Source: Oscillospiraceae bacterium
GTDB taxonomy: Bacteria; Bacillota; Clostridia; Oscillospirales; CAG-272
Length of the DNA stretch: 64,000 bases
NCBI GenBank assembly: GCA_015063905.1
Contig: SVTF01000004.1
Span: 9,082-73,081, forward strand
Direction: 5' to 3'
Made by a program: the position numbers and the translations under genes. How positions within the stretch are numbered: the stretch's first letter is position 1; each line of letters begins with the position of its first letter. A model generated the notes under the pieces. It saw only the letters and a program-made list of their open reading frames with translations. It was not told the origin of the DNA and made no database searches. Of this stretch, positions 56,305 through 64,000 are shown one piece after another.

Positions 56305-58095
56305 ATGACACCTACTAACAACAAATTCGTTCTTGATTGGATCAACGAAATGGCTGCTATGACTCAGCCAGACCAGATCGTATGGATCGACGGTAGCGAG
56401 GAACAGGCAGAGGCTCTCAGAGCAGAGGCTTGCTCCACCGGCGAGATGATCAAGCTCAATCAGGAGAAGCTCCCCGGATGCTATCTCCACAGAACCGCCG
56501 TTAACGACGTTGCACGCGTTGAAGGCAGAACCTTTATCTGCACCTCCAAGAAGGAAGACGCAGGTAATATCAACAACTGGATGGATCCCACCGAGTGCAA
56601 GGCTAAGCTTTCCAAGCTCTACACCGGCTCCATGAAGGGACGCACTATGTACGTCATTCCTTACTCCATGAGTGTTGTTGGCTCGCCCTTCGCAAAATAC
56701 GGCATTGAGCTTACCGACTCCATTTACGTCGTTCTTAACATGCTCATCATGACCCGCGTTGGCAATGACGTTCTCGAGGCTCTCGGCGATAGCGCTGACT
56801 ACATCAAGGGGCTTCACGCTCGCGCTGATATCGATGAGGAGAACAGATACATCGTTCACTTCCCCGAGGAAAACACCATCTGGTCCGTTAACTCCGGTTA
56901 CGGCGGAAACGTTCTCCTTGGCAAAAAGTGCTTTGCTCTCCGTATAGCTTCCTTCCTCGGTCGTAAGGAGGGCTGGATGGCTGAGCATATGCTCATTCTT
57001 GGCGTTGAGTATCCCGATGGCGAAACTAAGTACGTTTGCGCCGCTTTCCCCTCCGCTTGCGGTAAGACCAATCTTGCTATGCTCATTCCCCCGGAGTACT
57101 ACTCCAAGAAGGGCTACAAGGTATGGTGCGTAGGTGACGATATCGCTTGGCTCCGCGTAGGTGAGGACGGCAGACTTTGGGCAGTTAACCCCGAGAACGG
57201 ATTCTTTGGCGTTGCTCCCGGCACAAACCTCAGCTCCAACCCCAACGCTCTTTATACAACTATGAAGGATACCATCTTCACCAACGTTGTTCACAATACC
57301 GCTGACAACACAGTTTGGTGGGAAGGTCTTGACAAGAATCCTCCCGCAGAGGCTATTGACTGGAGAGGCAATCCTTGGGACTTCAGAACCTACGATAAGG
57401 CAAGAAAGCTTGAGACATCGGGCGCTCATCCCAACTCCCGTTTCACTGCAAAGGCTATCAACTGCCCTTGCATCTCCAAGGAGTTTGCTAATCCCGCGGG
57501 CGTACCCATCTCCGCTATCGTATTCGGCGGACGCAGAGCTAAGACAGCTCCCCTCGTTTACCAGTCAACAAGCTGGCAGAACGGCGCATTCGTTGGCTCT
57601 ATCATGGCTTCCGAGACAACCGCGGCTGCAGCAGGCGCTGTTGGCGTAGTTCGCCGCGACCCCATGGCTATGAGACCCTTTGTTGGCTACGATATGGGTG
57701 ACTACTGGGCACATTGGCTCAAGATGGGCACAATGATTCCCCACGCTCCCAAGATATTCCACGTTAACTGGTTCCGTACCGACGCTGAAGGCAACTTCAT
57801 CTGGCCCGGATTCGGCGACAACATGAGAGTTCTTATGTGGATACTCGCTCGTTGCGAGGGTAAGGTTGATGCTGATATCACCGCTATCGGTTACGTTCCC
57901 AAGGCTGAGGACATCTGCATTGAAGGACTTGAGGACGTTACTCTTGACACCATCAAGGAGCTTCTTACTGTTGATAAGGAGTCCTGGCTTGAGGACGTCG
58001 AGAACATCAAGGCATTCTACGCTCAGGTTGGCGACAGAGTTCCCCAGACGATGTACGACGAGCTTGCTGCTCTTGAAGCAAGACTTAAGGCATAA
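56305..58095 (+). CDS. pckG: Phosphoenolpyruvate carboxykinase (GTP)
   Basis: AAAGGAG lies before the ATG at 56305. GTP-PEPCK signatures include the kinase-1a motif FPSACGKTNLAML and WMAEHMLILG. The ORF-track start at 56230 is rejected. Confidence 0.9.
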   Translation: MTPTNNKFVLDWINEMAAMTQPDQIVWIDGSEEQAEALRAEACSTGEMIKLNQEKLPGCYLHRTAVNDVARVEGRTFICTSKKEDAGNINNWMDPTECKAKLSKLYTGSMKGRTMYVIPYSMSVVGSPFAKYGIELTDSIYVVLNMLIMTRVGNDVLEALGDSADYIKGLHARADIDEENRYIVHFPEENTIWSVNSGYGGNVLLGKKCFALRIASFLGRKEGWMAEHMLILGVEYPDGETKYVCAAFPSACGKTNLAMLIPPEYYSKKGYKVWCVGDDIAWLRVGEDGRLWAVNPENGFFGVAPGTNLSSNPNALYTTMKDTIFTNVVHNTADNTVWWEGLDKNPPAEAIDWRGNPWDFRTYDKARKLETSGAHPNSRFTAKAINCPCISKEFANPAGVPISAIVFGGRRAKTAPLVYQSTSWQNGAFVGSIMASETTAAAAGAVGVVRRDPMAMRPFVGYDMGDYWAHWLKMGTMIPHAPKIFHVNWFRTDAEGNFIWPGFGDNMRVLMWILARCEGKVDADITAIGYVPKAEDICIEGLEDVTLDTIKELLTVDKESWLEDVENIKAFYAQVGDRVPQTMYDELAALEARLKA

Positions 58096-58113
58096 AATAA
58101 ACAACAATAAAAC

Positions 58114-58147
58114 AAGGGAGAAGCTTTGCGCTTCTCCCTATTTTTTA
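58114..58147. terminator. Bidirectional terminator between pckG and the LRR protein gene
   Basis: GGGAGAAGC tttgc GCTTCTCCC followed by ATTTTTTATT. Confidence 0.8.
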
Positions 58148-61100
58148 TTCTTCTTGCTTATTCTTTTTATTGATGAATACGGGTATGATGCACGCAAGTA
58201 AAACGATACATGCGCCTCCTGATATTCCCGAACCGCAGCCTGTTCCGCCATTGTTTTCATCCTTGTTCTTCTTTTCCGTCTCCTCTATCTGCTCGGTAGA
58301 GATGTTTTGTGCGCGAGTCTCGGTCTCGGTCTCGGTTTCTATTGTTGCTTGTGTTTCTGTCGTCACATCGGAATCCGTCTGTGTTTCTTCGTCAGCGCGG
58401 ACGGCATGGCCGCATTCAACGCATTTACCGCTCGAATACTGATGCTGACCCTGCTCTGTTTCGCCGCACTCGCACGAACGCACGTGTATCTCATCATTTT
58501 CCGACAACCACTCGCCAAACGTATGCTCCGCAAGCTTTTCTATGCTCTCGCTCTTTACGTATCCGCATTGGCAGACGTATTCAAGCGATCCCTCCTTAAG
58601 GTGTGTTGGCTCAAGAACCGTTTCAGGCTCTGAAAACTCGTGAGCTACTTCGTCCATTTCGTGCGCACAGTAAATGCATTGCATCTTGTGGCAAGTATCG
58701 TCAACCGGCATAAGCTCATAGTCATGTTGCTTTACGGTTGCGTTGCTAGCTCCACTAAGCCATCCCTCTTGAAGTGTTACCTTGCTCCAGTCGCCGCAAA
58801 AGATCACGTTTTTGACATCGCCGGTGACACCAAACACATCAGACTTTATTTCACGGACGCTGCTCGGTATGTATACGGTCTCCAATGGGCAGTAGAAGAA
58901 AACACCGCTTTCCAACACGCTCAGGTTTTCCGAAAGCCTTACAGACTTAAGCGCATAACACTTTTTAAAGGCATCGGGAGCAACAGTCATTACACTGTCC
59001 GGCATATACACGCTTTCAATGCAGATCACATTGGAAAATCTGTTGTCTATATGAGTAGTTCCCTCAGGGAAGACCAACTCCTTTAAAAGATCTCCGTTAA
59101 CGTAAAGATTATCCGCTCTGAAAGTATCATCCGCAAACGGATTTGTTCCCTCCTCGCTGAAATCGAATTCAAGCCACTGGGATATATCCGAAATATAAAC
59201 GTTTTCCAGATCAAAGCACCAATAAAACGTATTTCTTCCGATCGTTTTGAGCGAGGCGGGTATATGGAGATCCACAAACTCGCAACAGCTGAAGGCATAC
59301 TCCTCTATCGTTACCACGTTATCGGGTATAACAAATACGGGAGAAAGAGACGCACCGTAAAACGCTTCCTTTTCTATGACTGTTACGCCGTTTGGTATTG
59401 TGACATCCTTGAGAAGCTGGCAGCCGCTAAACAACTCTGCCGGAATCACTGTAAGGTTATTCTGAAGCCTTACGCTAACAAGCTCATCACATGAAGCGAA
59501 CGCTCCGACTCCAAGTGTCTGCACGCTGTCTGGAATATCCACGCTCCTCAAGCTCGTTCCCGAAAAAGCATATTGTCCTATACTCGTCAAGGTGTCCGTA
59601 AAGCAAAATTCAGTCAATTCACCGCAGTCCCTGAATGCTTCATCTTCTATCTTTGTCAGATTATCAAATGACGGAATGTTCACAATAGACTTACAGTTAT
59701 AAAAGGCGCCCTTGCTTATTTCGGTTATAGAATCGGGCATTATCAGCGTTTTGATATTCTCGCTGTTTGCAAAGGCGTAGTCCGCCATGGTATCAAGATG
59801 TAATACCGTTACGGTGTGAAGGCTTTTGGGAACAGAATATCCGCACTCGAAAGGATATTCCGGGTTAAAGGTCATTCTGAAATAGAATCCAAGGCAGTCA
59901 TGCTCATTAAACTCCTTGCTCTCTCCCAAGAAAGGCAAGGTCAGGGTTTCAAGGCTTGAGCAATTTCTGAACGCGGATATACCGATATATGTCACTCCTT
60001 CGGGAACTGCTATATTTTCCAAGCCAACGCACTCTTCAAACGCCGACTTGCCTATACTTTTAAGTCCTTCGGGAAGAACGAAATCCTCCAGGTTACCACA
60101 AGCGTAAAAAGTGCTGTTTCCAATCGTTTCAAGGCTTTGTGAAAACTCAACGGTTTTAAGATTAGTGCAACTTGCAAACGCCTCATCACCTAAAATCTTC
60201 AGTTGTGCGGGACAAATAAAGGATTCGATGCTTGTGCAACCTGAAAACGCGGTTTCACCGATTTCGGTAACACTGTCAGGTAATTGGGGGCTTGCGGGAA
60301 GACTAATACACCAACTGAATGCACCATCCCCGATGCTATCCAGCGCCGGCGACCATTCAATATCTTTTAGAACAGTACATTTCACAAACGAAAAAATGCC
60401 GATTGACGTTACTGATTCGGGGATTACAATGGATTCAAGGCTCGTACAGTATGAAAACATGCTATCGGAAATTTTGTCTATGGAATTGGGCAAAGTAACT
60501 TCGGACAGAGCCGAGCAATCCATAAAGCATCCCGTGCCTATCTCTTTTACGTTGTTGGGTATAACTATCTCTTTCAGAGCAGTACATTCAAGAAACGCAT
60601 ATTCGCCTATGCTTTCCACAGTTTCCGCGAAAACTACGGTTTCCAAAGACGTACATTCTCTGAATGCGCCAAGACCTATCTTTTTTGCATGTATATCGGC
60701 AATATTTAGCCCGCTGCATTTATAGAACGCGTATTCTCCTATTTCAACGCCTGCGGGTATGCTTATTTCCACAAGACCCGAACACTCTCTGAACGCATAA
60801 TTGCCAATGCTCTCAAAGTCTTGGCAAAAAGTAACGCTCTCTAAGCTTTTACAATTAGCAAAGCAATATTCGGGAATGGCTTTTCCTGAAGAAAAGGTTA
60901 CGCCTTTTAGTAGCGTTGCATCAAAGCATTCTATAAGATTTGCGGGTAGGGATAAATAATCGGGGGTATAAAAGGAATCAACCTCCATAGAGGTTACAGT
61001 ATCGGGTATCACCAGCGTCTTTATTCCCTCGGAGCTATAGAAAGTCCTTGAGCCTATGCTTTCAAGTCCATGGCACAGGGTGACCTCCGTTATGGCGGTA

Positions 61101-61384
61101 TGACCGTCAAACGCTCCCCTAGGAATGCTTGTTATTCCCTCCTCGATCACAACACTTTTGATCTCAAGGTCATCCCAGGGGTAATAATAGCCGTATTCGA
61201 TATCGCCTTGTCCGGACAACGTGATCTCTCCCAAATCGGAGTCAAAGCTCCAGGTTACGTTTTCTCCCCAAGCTCCACTTGTCACAGAGGACTCGGCGTA
61301 TACGCTTAATACACAAATACTTATTAAAACGCCAACAGTCATTAAAACAATCAGGGCACAAAAAATCAGTTTCTTCATAAACAT
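58145..61384 (-). CDS. Large cell-surface leucine-rich-repeat protein (BspA-type LRR), with C-terminal H/Cys modules, acidic T/E linker and TM anchor
   Basis: Signal peptide, then more than 25 repeats of the pattern F..C..L..I.IP..V..IG..AF..C. The C-terminal 193 aa run HDY..TC....C..C modules, an ETETETE linker, a GGACIVLLACIIPVFI helix, and NKKNKQEE. Confidence 0.85.
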   Translation of the reverse strand: MFMKKLIFCALIVLMTVGVLISICVLSVYAESSVTSGAWGENVTWSFDSDLGEITLSGQGDIEYGYYYPWDDLEIKSVVIEEGITSIPRGAFDGHTAITEVTLCHGLESIGSRTFYSSEGIKTLVIPDTVTSMEVDSFYTPDYLSLPANLIECFDATLLKGVTFSSGKAIPEYCFANCKSLESVTFCQDFESIGNYAFRECSGLVEISIPAGVEIGEYAFYKCSGLNIADIHAKKIGLGAFRECTSLETVVFAETVESIGEYAFLECTALKEIVIPNNVKEIGTGCFMDCSALSEVTLPNSIDKISDSMFSYCTSLESIVIPESVTSIGIFSFVKCTVLKDIEWSPALDSIGDGAFSWCISLPASPQLPDSVTEIGETAFSGCTSIESFICPAQLKILGDEAFASCTNLKTVEFSQSLETIGNSTFYACGNLEDFVLPEGLKSIGKSAFEECVGLENIAVPEGVTYIGISAFRNCSSLETLTLPFLGESKEFNEHDCLGFYFRMTFNPEYPFECGYSVPKSLHTVTVLHLDTMADYAFANSENIKTLIMPDSITEISKGAFYNCKSIVNIPSFDNLTKIEDEAFRDCGELTEFCFTDTLTSIGQYAFSGTSLRSVDIPDSVQTLGVGAFASCDELVSVRLQNNLTVIPAELFSGCQLLKDVTIPNGVTVIEKEAFYGASLSPVFVIPDNVVTIEEYAFSCCEFVDLHIPASLKTIGRNTFYWCFDLENVYISDISQWLEFDFSEEGTNPFADDTFRADNLYVNGDLLKELVFPEGTTHIDNRFSNVICIESVYMPDSVMTVAPDAFKKCYALKSVRLSENLSVLESGVFFYCPLETVYIPSSVREIKSDVFGVTGDVKNVIFCGDWSKVTLQEGWLSGASNATVKQHDYELMPVDDTCHKMQCIYCAHEMDEVAHEFSEPETVLEPTHLKEGSLEYVCQCGYVKSESIEKLAEHTFGEWLSENDEIHVRSCECGETEQGQHQYSSGKCVECGHAVRADEETQTDSDVTTETQATIETETETETRAQNISTEQIEETEKKNKDENNGGTGCGSGISGGACIVLLACIIPVFINKKNKQEE

Positions 61385-61533
61385 CTCCCAAATAAGAGTT
61401 ACGTAATAATTATATATCCAAAACGCGTTTCTGTCAACAAGGGAAGTTTTTGAGATTTATATTTAATTATTATTGACTTTCTCCCCAAGTGGTGATATAA
61501 TTAACGAGCATGATCTTAACGGAGGTCTTTAAC

Positions 61534-62316
61534 ATGGAAAACATAATGAATAAAAAAGGTTTTATATGCGATATGGACGGCGTTATCTATCACGGTAGCA
61601 AGATACTTGACGGCGTTGCCGACTTTGTTAACTGGATGATAGACAACGATAAAAAGTTTGTTTTTTTGACTAACAGTCCTGAGAGGACCCCTCACGAGCT
61701 TAGTATGAAGCTTGAAAGAATGGGGCTTTCCGTATCTGCGGATCATTTTTATACAAGCGCTATGGCAACCGCAGAGTTTCTGCACAACCAGGCGCCCGGA
61801 TGCACCGCTTACGTTATCGGAGAGGCAGCTCTTTCCAAGGCGCTTTATGACAGAAAGATATATATGAACGACGTTGATCCCGATTACGTTGTTGTGGGCG
61901 AGACGAGAACCTATTCGTTTGAAAAGATCGAAAAGGCTATCGCTCTTATCAACAAGGGGGCAAAGCTTATCGGCGCCAACCCCGATCCTATCGGAGTTAC
62001 AACAAATGGAATAATGCCCGCAACGGGCTCGCTTGTCGCTCCTATTGAGATAGCAACGGGCAAAAAGGCATATTTCGTTGGCAAGCCCAATCCTCTTATG
62101 GTTCGTCATGGCTTGCGCATACTCGGTTGTCACAGTGCTGACGTAGCGTTTATCGGCGACAGAATGGATACCGATATTATTTCCGGTATCGAATCAAACG
62201 TTGATACAATTCTTGTTCTTTCGGGTGTAACCGCGCGCGAGGATATTGGAAACTTCCCCTATAGACCTAAATACGTGCTCGATGGCGTTGGTGACATTGT
62301 TAGAGGCGTAAAATGA
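61534..62316 (+). CDS. HAD-IIA family sugar phosphatase (NagD-like)
   Basis: GFICDMDGVIY motif I, FLTNS, GKP, and FIGDRMDTDI motif IV. GGAGG lies 8 nt before the ATG at 61534. TTGACT-17-TATAAT promoter upstream. Confidence 0.8.
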   Translation: MENIMNKKGFICDMDGVIYHGSKILDGVADFVNWMIDNDKKFVFLTNSPERTPHELSMKLERMGLSVSADHFYTSAMATAEFLHNQAPGCTAYVIGEAALSKALYDRKIYMNDVDPDYVVVGETRTYSFEKIEKAIALINKGAKLIGANPDPIGVTTNGIMPATGSLVAPIEIATGKKAYFVGKPNPLMVRHGLRILGCHSADVAFIGDRMDTDIISGIESNVDTILVLSGVTAREDIGNFPYRPKYVLDGVGDIVRGVK

Positions 62317-62328
62317 TTTGACAATTAA

Positions 62329-62366
62329 TAATCCCGTTGCGGAATAACCGTAACGGGATTTTTTTG
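62329..62366. terminator. Terminator between the HAD-IIA gene and tadA
   Basis: ATCCCGTT....AACGGGAT stem followed by TTTTTTT. Confidence 0.75.
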
Positions 62367-62376
62367 TGTTTATTGT

Positions 62377-62832
62377 TTATACTTCTCTTCTTTTTTTGAA
62401 AAAGTCCGAGAGTATCTCGGCGCATTCCTGCTTCATAACGCCGCCTTCAACCAAAGGCTTATGGTTAAGTGGATAATATCGCATATCAAGCACGCTGCCA
62501 AGCGCGCCCGCTTTAGCATCCTTGGCTCCGTAAACAACGCGGCCAAGTCTTGAATTCACAATCGCGCCTGAGCACATGGGACACGGCTCAAGTGTTACGT
62601 AGAGTGTGCATTTTTCAAGATGCCATCCGCCAAGCACTAGGCAAGCCTCACGTATCGCCAAAAGCTCAGCATGCCCCGTGGCGTCGCCCGTACGTTCTCT
62701 ATTATTGTGAGCCGAGGCAATGATCTCCCCATCTCTGACAATAACGGCGCCAACGGGTATTTCCCACTCTTGCGCAGCTTTTTTCGCCTGCTCCAGCGCA
62801 AGCGACATATAATATAAGTCGTCCTTAATCAT
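62377..62832 (-). CDS. tadA: tRNA adenosine(34) deaminase
   Basis: HAELLAI and PCPMCSGA zinc-binding motifs; 151 aa. Confidence 0.9.
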   Translation of the reverse strand: MIKDDLYYMSLALEQAKKAAQEWEIPVGAVIVRDGEIIASAHNNRERTGDATGHAELLAIREACLVLGGWHLEKCTLYVTLEPCPMCSGAIVNSRLGRVVYGAKDAKAGALGSVLDMRYYPLNHKPLVEGGVMKQECAEILSDFFKKRREV

Positions 62833-62987
62833 ATATATTTTCCTTTATAATTTTTGATAAACTAATTATAGCACAACTTGTTTATGAATTCAATGCTTTT
62901 ATTTAAAACATCAAATAATAGTCTTCTTCTGCTTGACACTAAAGTATTTAAATGCTATAATTATCTAAACCAGTCAAGGAGGATTCT

Positions 62988-64000
62988 ATGAATTACTCTC
63001 AGTTCAATATAACGGATGATCATTCGCTGAATATAGCTTTGGCAATAGATCATTGCAAGAAAAATAATATTGATACGCTTACGTTTGACAACGGAACGTA
63101 TCTGTTAAAGCCCCAGATGGCTTCAGAGCGCGCGTGCAGTATCTCTAATCACGACGTACACGAGTTCACCTCTATTGGCATGCTCATAGAGGATATGGAG
63201 AACTTTACGATCGACGCAAACGGAAGCACCTTTATTTGCGACGGTGTTATGCTGTCCTGCGCGATCCTCAATTCCAAAAACATAACTTTAAAGAATATGA
63301 CCCTTGAAGCCCGCCAGCATCTCCGCGCCGAAGCCCGAGTGCTTGAGATCGGTGAAAATTCTTTCATATTTGAAATGACGGGAGATACGGGATATTACGT
63401 TAAGAACGGAATGCTTTATCTGACAAACGACTACGGGCATGACGATATGTTCCATTATTATATAGTCGTTTGCCGCGAGGGTGACGAGAGTGGCTATATT
63501 CCCGAAACTGTTGAAAGCTTTAAAAAAGCTGTGGTATTTGAGGATCTGGGCAACAACCGCATCTCAATCAAGGATGCGCAGTACGTTCCCGCGGTTGGCT
63601 CACGCATATTGTTAGCTCCCGCATTGCGTCACGGCACCACGGTATTTGCCGAAAAAAGCAAGAATATATTTCTTGAAAACGTAACCGTTCATACAAGCTA
63701 CGGCATGGCGGTGCTCGCGCAAATGTGCGAGAATTTCTATATTGATAAGCTTTCGGTCAAAGCCAAGGGCGGTCTTCTCCACACCACCAATAACGATGCC
63801 ACACACTTTGTTCATTGCTCGGGTCTTGTAAAAATTACAAACAGCTATTTTGAGGCTATGCTGGACGACGCGCTTAACGTTCACGGGCTTTACAATCTTG
63901 TAGAACACGTTGACGATAAAGGCATACTTGTTAGGGATATGCACCCGGGCTCCAAGGGCATCGACATTTACAGAGCCGGTTGTCATATCGCGGTAATGGA
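62988..64000 (+). CDS. Partial CDS (runs off window end): right-handed parallel beta-helix protein, probable glycoside hydrolase / polysaccharide-active enzyme
   Basis: AAGGAGG lies 6 nt before the ATG at 62988, and my manual translation found no stop to nt 64000. Features are repetitive N..I.N beta-helix rungs and NNDATHF / DDALNVHG motifs. It is absent from the ORF track because it is open-ended. TTGACA-17-TATAAT promoter at about 62933-62961. Confidence 0.7.
   Translation, partial: MNYSQFNITDDHSLNIALAIDHCKKNNIDTLTFDNGTYLLKPQMASERACSISNHDVHEFTSIGMLIEDMENFTIDANGSTFICDGVMLSCAILNSKNITLKNMTLEARQHLRAEARVLEIGENSFIFEMTGDTGYYVKNGMLYLTNDYGHDDMFHYYIVVCREGDESGYIPETVESFKKAVVFEDLGNNRISIKDAQYVPAVGSRILLAPALRHGTTVFAEKSKNIFLENVTVHTSYGMAVLAQMCENFYIDKLSVKAKGGLLHTTNNDATHFVHCSGLVKITNSYFEAMLDDALNVHGLYNLVEHVDDKGILVRDMHPGSKGIDIYRAGCHIAVM

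Noticed and set aside
56167-57429. A 420-aa ORF on the minus strand, fully antisense to the PEPCK gene and extending into the lexA-pckG spacer.
   Set aside because: It has no SD or promoter, and its composition is low-complexity (V/G/A/S/L-rich) with no motif. It lies nested opposite a clearly conserved, strongly codon-biased gene. A stop-poor antisense frame is the expected by-product of that bias.
58318-58335. The (TCTCGG)3 microrepeat, and the lysine-codon A-rich run at about 30128-30150, as phase-variation tracts.
   Set aside because: Three hexamer units stay in frame and simply encode ETETET. The A-rich run is interrupted (AAAAAGAAAAAGAAAAAG). Neither resembles a contingency locus.
1-64000. 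A search for tRNA, rRNA, CRISPR arrays, IS elements, integrases, and toxin-antitoxin or known defence genes.
   Set aside because: No intergenic region is long enough, or shows the T-loop GGTTCGAATCC-type signature, for a tRNA. No regularly spaced repeats were seen. No transposase, recombinase or defence-type ORF was recognised. The absence is judged by eye only and should be confirmed with tRNAscan-SE, Infernal, CRISPR finders and defence-system HMMs.

Overview
This 64-kb chromosomal window comes from a low/mid-GC, endospore-forming Firmicute, probably class Clostridia. Supporting signs are dpaA/dpaB, GGAGG-type Shine-Dalgarno sites, many canonical TTGACA-17-TATAAT promoters and stem-loop/T-tract terminators. 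About 58 protein genes are tightly packed, and most are core housekeeping genes. They cover translation and tRNA modification (alaS, tsaE, tsaB, trmL, mnmA, tadA, rsmA, a THUMP methyltransferase, typA, rqcH), secretion (secA), DNA metabolism (pcrA, rmuC, lexA, nrdD, nrdG) and isoprenoid/pentose-phosphate metabolism (ispD, ispF, rpiB, rpe). Other identifiable genes are coaW, pepT, hslO, trxB, GTP-dependent PEPCK, a two-gene SufC/SufB-like pair, rhamnulokinase, and two large secreted proteins (a GH25 muramidase and a BspA-type LRR protein). I found no rRNA, tRNA, CRISPR array, transposase, integrase, prophage block or recognisable defence island, so this reads as an ordinary core region rather than an accessory island. 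Nothing here can be asserted as a new system from sequence alone. The items most worth a second look are: (1) nrdD with a fused C-terminal thioredoxin-fold domain, followed by trxB, driven by an NrdR-boxed promoter, with nrdG detached and sitting 18 bp behind lexA. (2) A translationally coupled four-gene operon (RfaE-like PfkB kinase, ROK regulator, HAD hydrolase, unknown DHS-like protein). (3) An overlapping TPR + DUF4037 nucleotidyltransferase pair. (4) A probable cobalamin riboswitch controlling a DUF4430 lipoprotein plus an S-component-like membrane protein. (5) An H/Cys3 repeat of about 40 aa present eight times in the GH25 enzyme and again in the LRR protein. (6) Two unknown polytopic membrane proteins between secA and pcrA. 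All product calls rest on motif and pattern recognition by eye. No database search was run.
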